A stretch of DNA of 64,000 bases from Nitrospiraceae bacterium (GTDB lineage: Bacteria > Nitrospirota > Nitrospiria > Nitrospirales > Nitrospiraceae): NCBI GenBank assembly GCA_050246315.1, contig JBFWWG010000009.1:1-64000 (forward strand), read 5' to 3'. The position numbers were made by a program, and so were the translations under genes. Below, piece after piece: positions 29,182-36,569 of this stretch (position 1 is its first letter; each line of letters begins with the position of its first letter). Below the pieces are notes generated by a model, which was not told where the DNA came from, did not search any database, and saw only the letters and a list, made by a program, of their open reading frames with translations.

Positions 29182-29502
29182 ACCAACCTTCGGTTGAACC
29201 GGCGGCTCATCGGGCGAAGCCCTTCTTCATTGTTGCCGCCGGGGACACACCGCCAGTGATTGAGTTGTTTCTGCTTTAACCAACCTTCGGTTGAACCGGC
29301 GGCTCATCGGGCGAAGTCCCTCTATACCAAGCTACGCTTGAACCGCGGGCTCTTCAGGCGCAGCCTTCTTCATCGACGCCCGCGGAGAAATTCCTCCAGT
29401 GATTCGCTGCTCTTCGTTTCTTGAAACCAAGCTACGCTTGAACCGCGCGCTCTTCATCGGTGTATCGAATCTGACGCGCGCGGAGAAACGCCACCAGTGA
29501 TT
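29182..29502 (-). repeat. Array 2 of structured ~78-nt repeat units (units 29426-29502, 29326-29404, 29279-29325 half, 29182-29261)
   Basis: Same consensus as array 1; three sequence variants with compensatory stem changes. Confidence 0.92.
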
Positions 29503-29905
29503 CTTCTCCCCCACTTCTCCGAATCGAGCCGCGACCGCCGGAATATCCCGCCTTGCGGTAGAGTCCTTCGGTCAAGATCAGCAAGGCCCGTGCCAATAGG
29601 GTTATGGATGCCAGACTGGAAAAGCCGGAGGAGGCGGCCTGTTCAAATGGCCTGATGACGGCGAACGATGACATAAGCACCTCTCGGCACTCGTTCACTG
29701 TATCCGATTGGATACCGACCGTATCTTTCTGTACCGGACAACATGAGATTCGGCACGTGGTCGCCGGCATGTGGGAGAGGCGATGTTATGCCGGAGGACA
29801 GGAAGCGTCAATCAAAAGTATTGGGAGAGGGGTCAGGAGAAACAGAGGACTGGGTGCTGGTCGATGGAATTGTCGCTCAAAGCAGGGAAACAAGGGGGAA
29901 GGCCG

Positions 29906-30180
29906 AGCCCGCATTATTCATGACGGTTCGTCGCGAAATCGTGAAGTCACCAAGCGAGATGGGCAAGCATGGCCGCGAGGGATCGAAGCGTACTTGAAAT
30001 AGTACGTCGAGGGACTAAGCGGCGAGCACACCCGCCATACCGCACTTCGTGTGAGCAGGTGGCCCGTCGGGCCGAGCCCCTCTTCATTGTCACCGCCGGT
30101 GAAATCGCTTCGACTGGTCAGGCCCTGTCGCAGCGGCGATTTCGCGATTGCAGCTGAGGCGTTCATGAATAATGCGGCCT
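29906..30180. mobile_element. MITE-like element family 3 (275 bp)
   Basis: 18-bp terminal inverted repeats AGCCCGCATTATTCATGA / TCATGAATAATGCGGCCT (1 mismatch); inner IR TCGCGAAATCG (29931-29941) / CGATTTCGCGA (30137-30147); a solo end-like sequence at 17281-17300. Confidence 0.7.
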
Positions 30181-30316
30181 AGTAGGATGCGGAAAAACTC
30201 TCCGTTCATCCTTCGAGGGCCTCAGGACGAACGGAGCAGGCATTGAATATACTGGTATTTTCCGATCATGCTGAGCCTGTCGAAGCACAAAATCGAGTTT
30301 TTCCGCAGCCTGCTAG
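30179..30316. mobile_element. MITE-like repeat family 2, copy 2
   Basis: CTAG-TAGGATGCGGAAAAACTC ... GAGTTTTTCCGCAGCCTG-CTAG; CTAG on both sides. Confidence 0.85.
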
Positions 30317-30318
30317 TG

Positions 30319-32127
30319 TCAGGAACCTTTCGTTGCTTGCCTGAGCGCCTCCACGGTCTTGGAGGCAAGTCCCGCCTCGCGTAATTCCTCGTCCGTGGCC
30401 TGTGTCACCGCGTCGGCGCTGCCGAACTGCCCCAGCAGCCGGTTGCGGGTGATCTCGCCGATGCCGATGACCTGATCAAGCTTCGACGAGGTCAAGGTCT
30501 TGCTGCGGAGTGTCCGGTGGTACTTGACGGCGAAGCGATGGGCCTCATCCCTGATGCGCTGGACCAAGTGCGTGGCGGGCGAGGTCGGGTGGAGGATGAT
30601 CGGATTCTTCCGTCCTGGGAGAAAGATGCGCTCCTCCTTGTCGCCGCGCGCCTTGGCCAAACCGACGATCGGTAGGTGAGACTGGCCGACCTGTCTGAGC
30701 CCGTCAATGGCGGCTGCCAGTTGCGCGAGGCCGCCGTCGATCAGGATCAAGTCCGGTCTCGACAGATCTTCCGCCTGGCTGTACCGGCGCATCACGACCT
30801 CCTGAATGCTGGCAAAGTCGTTCGCGCCCTCGACCGTTTTGATCCGGAACTTGCGGTAGTCCGACTTTTTCATCGCGCCCTGCTCCCAGACCACCATCGA
30901 ACCGACGGACTGGTTGCCGAGGAGGTTGGAAATATCGAACCCTTCGATCCGGTTCGGGATGGAATTCAGCCGGAGCAATCGCTTCAGCTCCGCGGTGGCC
31001 TGCCGGTTGGTCTCCTCATCTCGTAGATGATCGATCAATGCCGCCAGCGCGTTCTCCTCCGCCAATTGGATAAGCTGGTGTTTCGTGCCTCGCTCCGGCG
31101 CCACGATGCAGACGGTGTCCCCTCGCTTCTCCGAGAGCCAGGTCTGAAGCAGCACAGCTTCGGGCAGGGAACAAGGGATCAGCAGTTCCTTCGGAGGTTG
31201 GCCGTCCTTGTTATAGAACTGCTCGATGGTCGAGACCACCAGCTCTTCATCGGCCGTGTCGGCACCGGTCGGCCAATAGAAGTCCTTCCGGCCGATCAAC
31301 AGGCCTCCACGTACGAAGAGCAGTTGCAGGTCCACCGCGGTACCGCGGCGCGCGAATCCGATGACATCCTGATCCACGGATGCGATTTGGGTGATCCGTT
31401 GTTTCTCCAACGTCCGTTGGATCTTGAACAGGCGGTCGCGGAGCCTGGCCGCTTCCTCGAATGCCTCCCACTCGGCGGCCGTCTCCATCTGTGCGCGGAG
31501 ATCATCCAACAGTTCGTGATCCCGGCCCTCGAGAAATTGACGAACCTGCTTTACGATCTTGTGATAGTCATCCTTGGACTGGTTGCCCGTGCAAGGCGCC
31601 ATGCAGCGTTTGATCTCGAACTCGATGCAGGCGCGCTCGGCGGTCCCGTCGATGTCGATCTTGCAGGTCGCCAGCGGAAAGGCCCGTTTGATGATCTTCA
31701 GGGTTTCGCGAAGCGCTCCGGCCGGGGTGTAGGGACCGTAGTAGAGCGCGCCGTCTTTTTGGACGCGTCGGACGATCGAAAAGCGCGGGAAGTCCTCTTT
31801 GATCGGCAGTCGGAGATAGGGATACTGTTTGTCGTCGCGCAGCACGACGTTGAAGCGGGGGCGATGTCGCTTGATCAGATTGCTTTCGAGGATCAGTGCT
31901 TCCAGCTCCGACCGGGTGACGATGGTTTCGACCTCCGCCACCTGATCGATCAGCAGGACGGTCTTCGGGTTGTGGTCGGCGGCGCGTTGGAAATAGGACC
32001 TGACACGATGGGCCAGGACGGCGGCCTTGCCGATGTAGAGGATGTCCCCCTTGGCATTCTTGAACAGATAGACGCCGGGCTGAGCCGGCAGGTGGTCAAG
32101 TTTGGATTGCAGGACATCGGTCGTCAT
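30319..32127 (-). CDS. uvrC: Excinuclease ABC subunit C
   Basis: PGVYLF...YIGKA GIY-YIG domain, UVR domain, RIEGFDISN, LIDGG, RIRDEAHRFA, HhH. Confidence 0.97.
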   Translation of the reverse strand: MTTDVLQSKLDHLPAQPGVYLFKNAKGDILYIGKAAVLAHRVRSYFQRAADHNPKTVLLIDQVAEVETIVTRSELEALILESNLIKRHRPRFNVVLRDDKQYPYLRLPIKEDFPRFSIVRRVQKDGALYYGPYTPAGALRETLKIIKRAFPLATCKIDIDGTAERACIEFEIKRCMAPCTGNQSKDDYHKIVKQVRQFLEGRDHELLDDLRAQMETAAEWEAFEEAARLRDRLFKIQRTLEKQRITQIASVDQDVIGFARRGTAVDLQLLFVRGGLLIGRKDFYWPTGADTADEELVVSTIEQFYNKDGQPPKELLIPCSLPEAVLLQTWLSEKRGDTVCIVAPERGTKHQLIQLAEENALAALIDHLRDEETNRQATAELKRLLRLNSIPNRIEGFDISNLLGNQSVGSMVVWEQGAMKKSDYRKFRIKTVEGANDFASIQEVVMRRYSQAEDLSRPDLILIDGGLAQLAAAIDGLRQVGQSHLPIVGLAKARGDKEERIFLPGRKNPIILHPTSPATHLVQRIRDEAHRFAVKYHRTLRSKTLTSSKLDQVIGIGEITRNRLLGQFGSADAVTQATDEELREAGLASKTVEALRQATKGS

Positions 32128-32128
32128 C

Positions 32129-32215
32129 TGTCAACCGTCATTGGTCAACCGTAAGAATAACAGGAACAGGGCGTCGATTGCTTCGGTTGACGTCTGACGA
32201 ATGACGGTTGACGAC
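32129..32215. repeat. Inverted heptamer tandem repeat (GTCA-N3)n ... (TGAC-N3)n
   Basis: GTCAACC GTCATTG GTCAACC ... TGACGTC TGACGAA TGACGGT TGACGAC. Confidence 0.75.
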
Positions 32216-32219
32216 GGCG

Positions 32220-33089
32220 CTATTTGAGCCCGCGCACGAACGAGGGGCTGAGCGTTCCCCGCGCCACTTCCGCCACGGGGCCCTTCATCGTGAGGGCAAA
32301 ATCCTTGTCCACGTCGATGCGCAGGGTGCCTCCCGGCATGTTCACGGTCACAGGACTTTGAACAAGCCCGAGCTTCACCGCGGCGCTGGCTGCGGCACAG
32401 GAGGACGAGCCGGAGGCTTGCGTCTCGCCGGCGCCTCGTTCCCAGATCAGAATGAAGATCTCGCGCGGACCGGTGGGCACCGCGAGCTGCACGTTGGTCC
32501 GTCGCGGAAACAATGTGTGGTTCTCCAGCGCCGGTCCCAGCGCCAACAGTTCCGCTCGGCTCCATGGTGATCCTGCCGGCTTGAAAACCACGCAGTGGGG
32601 GTTCCCGACGCTGACACCGGTGAAGACGAGACGTTGCCCGGCCGCCTCGATCGGCTGATTCACCAGCTCACTCACGGCTAGAGTGCAAGGCAGGGAGGCA
32701 GGTGAGAAGGTCGCCCGGCCCATCTCGACGGTGACGGAGGTGGCATCGCCTTGTCGATCCACATGCAGGGTACAGGTCACCAGGCCGCCGATGGTGTCGA
32801 CTGTGAATTGGGTCTTGCGCGTCTTCTTCGTGGCGTGGAGGTACCGGGCGAAAATGCGGAGGCCGTTGCCGGACTTTTCCGCTTCGCTGCCGTCGGGATT
32901 GAAAATTCTCAGGCCGAAATCGGCTTTCTTGGATGGGACCAGCGTCAGGATGCCATCGCTGCCGAGTCCCCAGTGCCGATCGCAGATGGCGCGGATGGCC
33001 TTTGAGGTCAGCTTAAAGCCAAGGTCTTTGGGGTCCATCACCAGATAGTCGTTGCCCAGCCCATGCCCGCGGAAAAACCCGTTCTTCAT
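32220..33089 (-). CDS. dapF: Diaminopimelate epimerase-like protein (Ser in place of both catalytic Cys)
   Basis: HGLGNDY, CDRHWGLGSDG, NPDGSEAEKSGNG, VGNPHCV, FPRRTNV, WERGAGETQASGS. Confidence 0.88.
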   Translation of the reverse strand: MKNGFFRGHGLGNDYLVMDPKDLGFKLTSKAIRAICDRHWGLGSDGILTLVPSKKADFGLRIFNPDGSEAEKSGNGLRIFARYLHATKKTRKTQFTVDTIGGLVTCTLHVDRQGDATSVTVEMGRATFSPASLPCTLAVSELVNQPIEAAGQRLVFTGVSVGNPHCVVFKPAGSPWSRAELLALGPALENHTLFPRRTNVQLAVPTGPREIFILIWERGAGETQASGSSSCAAASAAVKLGLVQSPVTVNMPGGTLRIDVDKDFALTMKGPVAEVARGTLSPSFVRGLK

Positions 33090-33102
33090 CTGCGCTCTCC
33101 TT

Positions 33103-33250
33103 GTCAAATAGCGTCAGTCGCCAAACGTCAACCGGGATGAAGAACCTACTTTGTCGATCTACGCAAGGTCAACGGGGAAGATAAGGTGTGGTGCCTCAAT
33201 GCGGGCATTGCGGGGAGTGCACTTGACGAGTGACGGATGACGCGTGACGA
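33103..33250. repeat. Inverted heptamer tandem repeat
   Basis: GTCAGTC GCCAAAC GTCAACC ... TGACGAG TGACGGA TGACGCG TGACGAG. Confidence 0.7.
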
Positions 33251-33254
33251 GGCT

Positions 33255-33653
33255 CTACACCAGCGCGACGCCCGGCGGCCGCTCGATCAGCTCGACTTCG
33301 TAGCCGTCCGGCGCATTGATGAAGATGAAGCGGCTTCCGGAGGAGGTGCGTGTCGGTCCGTCGGTGATGGGGATGCCCATGGAATTGAGTGTGGCGATCG
33401 TGTCGTCCAGATTCTCGACCTGGAAGGCGAGATGGACCAAATCCTCCTGCACGGTCACGGGTCCGCTTGGAGGGAAACTACAGAGTTCGATCAATTCTTC
33501 GCTGTTGGGAACTTTCAAGAACGCCAGGTGAGACCCGCGCGGCGAGACCTTGCGCTCCGACACCTCAAGGCCAAGGACCTTGGTATAGAACGAAATGGTT
33601 TCGTCCATGTCGCTCACTCGCATCCGGGTGTGGAGTAGTTTGGTGACCTTCAT
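33255..33653 (-). CDS. VOC-family protein, lactoylglutathione lyase-like
   Basis: LLHTRMRVSD...FYTKVLG, HLAFQV, APDGYEVELIE. Confidence 0.9.
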   Translation of the reverse strand: MKVTKLLHTRMRVSDMDETISFYTKVLGLEVSERKVSPRGSHLAFLKVPNSEELIELCSFPPSGPVTVQEDLVHLAFQVENLDDTIATLNSMGIPITDGPTRTSSGSRFIFINAPDGYEVELIERPPGVALV

Positions 33654-33669
33654 CGGACCCCCTTCATGA

Positions 33670-33856
33670 GTCACTAGTCAACGGTCATTGGTCATTCGCA
33701 TGGCAGAGGGTCGTCGGTCATGAGTCATCGCTGAAGAGTCCTCCTCCCCAACCAATGGGCGTTCACCAGTAACCAATGACATCCTCTGCTCCATTGACCA
33801 ATGACCAGTGACGAATGACCTGTTGTTGCCACCAATGACGGTTGACGCCTGACGAG
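33670..33856. repeat. Compound inverted heptamer tandem repeats
   Basis: GTCACTA GTCAACG GTCATTG GTCATTC ... TGACCAA TGACCAG TGACGAA TGACC ... TGACGGT TGACGCC TGACGAG. Confidence 0.8.
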
Positions 33857-34348
33857 CTATCTCACTCTGGCCGGTCCCACCGTCTTGCGCACCAGGATTT
33901 CAGCGCTGCCGGGGATGAGGAAATCTTTGATGGCGCCGACCTCCTGGTAGCCGTGCTTCTTGTAGAACTGCCGCGCGCTCAGGTTGAAGTCCGACACGCA
34001 GGCGAACAGATTCGTGCCACGCGAAAAGGTCACCGACTCCAGATGGGTGAGGAGCTGGCTGCCGAGCTGCTGCCCGCGCGCCCAGCCGGCGACGCCGAAC
34101 AGTTCGAGATAGTCGCCGAACAGAAATCGGGGCCGCAGCACGGCGAACCCCGCCACCCTTCCGTCGAGCTCCAGCACATAGCCCTCTCGGCCGTGGGTCA
34201 GGGCGGAGAAATAGGTGTCCCAATCCGCTGCTTCGTAACCCAGGCGCTTCCACGGATCGGAGGACAGGAGGATGTCAAGCACGGCCTGCCGGTCTTGCTC
34301 GGCAAACGGCCGGACGCGGGATCGATCTATCGAGTTGGGTTGTGACAT
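33857..34348 (-). CDS. GNAT-family N-acetyltransferase
   Basis: ARGQQLGSQLL acetyl-CoA motif A; N..ARQFYKKHGY motif B. Confidence 0.88.
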   Translation of the reverse strand: MSQPNSIDRSRVRPFAEQDRQAVLDILLSSDPWKRLGYEAADWDTYFSALTHGREGYVLELDGRVAGFAVLRPRFLFGDYLELFGVAGWARGQQLGSQLLTHLESVTFSRGTNLFACVSDFNLSARQFYKKHGYQEVGAIKDFLIPGSAEILVRKTVGPARVR

Positions 34349-35052
34349 GCCAGCAGGTCCGTGACGGTCACGGGACGCAATTGCGCGTGGGACAGCACGG
34401 TCTCGTCCAAGGCTTGGATGACTTCGCGGGTGTGCTTGCCCTTGCCATTGGCATGGAACACGACGATGCTGCCCGGGCGAAGTCGCCGCACCACGCGGTC
34501 GAGGATGGCGTTGGCGGTGAGCGTGGGATCAGGATCGCCCGAGACAAGGTTCCACAGGATGAACTGGAGTCCCAGCGATTTGACCACCTGCACCGTGACG
34601 TCGTCGTATTCTCCGTATGGAGGCCTGAATAACCCGGCGGAGAGGTGATAGCGAGAGCGCATCAAGGAGACTGCCCGGAAGATTTCCGCTCGCTGGCCCG
34701 ATTCATCCAACAGCGGGAGATGGGCATGGTCCTCGCCATGCGTACCGATCTCGAAGAACGGTACGGCCTGCAGCGCGCGCACATCGTCCTGATGCTGTTC
34801 CGCCCAACGGCCGGACACGAAGAAGGTCGCCGGAATCTCGCGAGCCTGGAGGTAGTCGATCAGGGCCGCATCGAAACCGGGCTTGGCGCGCACCGGACAG
34901 AGGTCGAACGTCAGCGCGATGTTCCGGCAGGCGGAGGGACCGGCCGTGATCACGTCTGCGTGGCCCGCGTGGATTGGACGTACCGCTGGGGGCGCGCCGA
35001 TGAGGATGAGGAGGACGAAGAGACCAAGACGAGCCCAGGTGGCGGATCGCAT
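34327..35052 (-). CDS. Exported polysaccharide deacetylase (NodB/CE4)
   Basis: IALTFD, ATFFVSG, EIGTHGEDH, FRPPYG, GSIVVFH. Confidence 0.9.
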   Translation of the reverse strand: MRSATWARLGLFVLLILIGAPPAVRPIHAGHADVITAGPSACRNIALTFDLCPVRAKPGFDAALIDYLQAREIPATFFVSGRWAEQHQDDVRALQAVPFFEIGTHGEDHAHLPLLDESGQRAEIFRAVSLMRSRYHLSAGLFRPPYGEYDDVTVQVVKSLGLQFILWNLVSGDPDPTLTANAILDRVVRRLRPGSIVVFHANGKGKHTREVIQALDETVLSHAQLRPVTVTDLLACHNPTR

Positions 35053-35201
35053 CAGGCGCAGTATACCTGAAGGTCAGTCCTGCCACACCTGCGGAATCGA
35101 ATCTCGCGGCAATGTCCGATCGGTTGACTGGTCCTTTCGACGCCTGCTAGGTTGATAAGAACGGCCGGTCTCCGGCGGTTCGCAACGGGAGAACAGGACA
35201 G

Positions 35202-36404
35202 ATGTTTCATTTCACGAGCAGGCAGGGTTGGCAGATCGGCCGGATCTTAGGTATCCCCATCGTCATCCACGTGTCCTGGCTGTTGGTCTTTGCGTTCGTG
35301 ACCTGGACATTGGCCACCACGTACCTGCCCGCGGCGCTTCCCGGCCAATCGATCCCTCGCTATTGGGCCATGGGAGGCATGGCCGCTCTGTTACTGTTCC
35401 TCTCGGTCCTGCTGCATGAGTTGGGACACTGTTGGGTCGCGCTGCGTTACCACGTACCGATCGGCCAGATTACGCTCTTCGTGTTCGGCGGCGTCGCGCA
35501 TATGAAGAAGGAACCGCCGACCCCGAAGGCGGAGTTCCTCATCGCTATTGCCGGCCCGATCGTGAGCTTCGGCTTGGGCGCGGCCTGCCTGGGGTTCGGT
35601 ATCGTGAACGATCTTGCCGTCCTTCGTCCAGATCTGCATGGCCTCACGGTTCTGGGGTGGCTCCTCGGCACCGTCAATCTGCAAATCGGATTATTCAACC
35701 TTATTCCCGGCTTCCCGTTGGATGGGGGGCGAGCCCTGCGGGCCGGGCTCTGGGCCTGGTCCAAGGACTTTTACGCCGCGACTCGTCGATCGGCCGTGGC
35801 GGGCCTCGCCTTCGGGGTGCTGCTCAGTTGTCTGGGTGGGTCGCTGATGATCGGCGCGGGGTTGCACCTGTTGGAAGCGTCCTTGATCACGACCGGCATG
35901 TGGGTGGCGATGATCGGGTTGTTTTTGTTTGCCACCGCGAAGGGTACGCGCCAACAGGCCGTGTTCCGCGAAACCCTTGCCCACGTTACCGTGTCTGAGC
36001 TGGTCACGCAGTCGGTGATTTCGGTGCCGGCGACCCTGACGATCGAATCGGCGGTCAAGGGCTATTTCCTCCCGCACGGCTTCTCAGGGTTTCCGGTCGT
36101 CGAACAAGATCAGTTGGTCGGTCTGGTGACTGTGCAAGATCTGCAACGCGTTCCTCAAGGGCTCTGGCCCTGGCGAGAGGTTCGGGAGGTGATGCGGCCT
36201 TGGTCGGCGGAGATGGAGATTTCGTCTGGTGCGACCGTCCTACACGCGCTGGAGCAGATGGGGATCGCGAACCTTGATCGGCTGATCGTCAGACAGGAGG
36301 GACGGATCGTCGGTGTGCTCACCCGTTCGGCCGTGTGGCGCTATCTGAACTTGCGATCGCAAGGCCGTGCTTCGTCCAAGGTTGACCCACCGCAAGCCGC
36401 GTAG
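35202..36404 (+). CDS. Site-2 protease (M50) with tandem CBS domains
   Basis: HELGH, AGP, FNLIPGFPLDGG, C-terminal CBS pair. Confidence 0.93.
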   Translation: MFHFTSRQGWQIGRILGIPIVIHVSWLLVFAFVTWTLATTYLPAALPGQSIPRYWAMGGMAALLLFLSVLLHELGHCWVALRYHVPIGQITLFVFGGVAHMKKEPPTPKAEFLIAIAGPIVSFGLGAACLGFGIVNDLAVLRPDLHGLTVLGWLLGTVNLQIGLFNLIPGFPLDGGRALRAGLWAWSKDFYAATRRSAVAGLAFGVLLSCLGGSLMIGAGLHLLEASLITTGMWVAMIGLFLFATAKGTRQQAVFRETLAHVTVSELVTQSVISVPATLTIESAVKGYFLPHGFSGFPVVEQDQLVGLVTVQDLQRVPQGLWPWREVREVMRPWSAEMEISSGATVLHALEQMGIANLDRLIVRQEGRIVGVLTRSAVWRYLNLRSQGRASSKVDPPQAA

Positions 36405-36469
36405 CGGGGTGTCGAAAAAACCTATCAGTCTGTACTCCCGAGTGGATGGTCGTTGCCTGCCAAATTGCC

Positions 36470-36550
36470 GTCAAGCGTCATGCGTCAAGCGTGTGGGAAG
36501 AGAAAGGTCCGTGGAAGATGTTGCGCATCTTCCCGATTGACGAGTGACGG
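36470..36550. repeat. Inverted heptamer tandem repeat between convergent genes
   Basis: GTCAAGC GTCATGC GTCAAGC ... TGACGAG TGACGG. Confidence 0.65.
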
Positions 36551-36569
36551 ATCACGATCGGCCTTGTTG

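Noticed and set aside
29279..29325. SAM-I riboswitch or hammerhead ribozyme (GAGGGAC..GCCCGATGA, CTGAAGAG)
   Set aside because: Only a kink-turn-like fragment matches. The SAM-I AUC..GAU P1 and GCAACC/GUGC core, and a correctly placed hammerhead CUGANGA/GAAA core, are absent.
27472..29502. CRISPR array interpretation of the repeats
   Set aside because: Units are ~78 nt, linkers are short (17-21 nt) and mostly repeated rather than unique, and there are no cas genes in the window.
27472..29502. Integron attC sites (plus strand TACCAAC-CTTCG-GTTGAACC resembles R''-spacer-L'')
   Set aside because: No complementary L' or GTTRRRY R' box at the other end of the unit, B-type units lack AAC, and no integrase is present.
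29700..29715. Palindrome GTATCC-GATT-GGATAC as an operator for the lipoprotein cluster
   Set aside because: Single short occurrence with no identifiable cognate regulator; could be chance.
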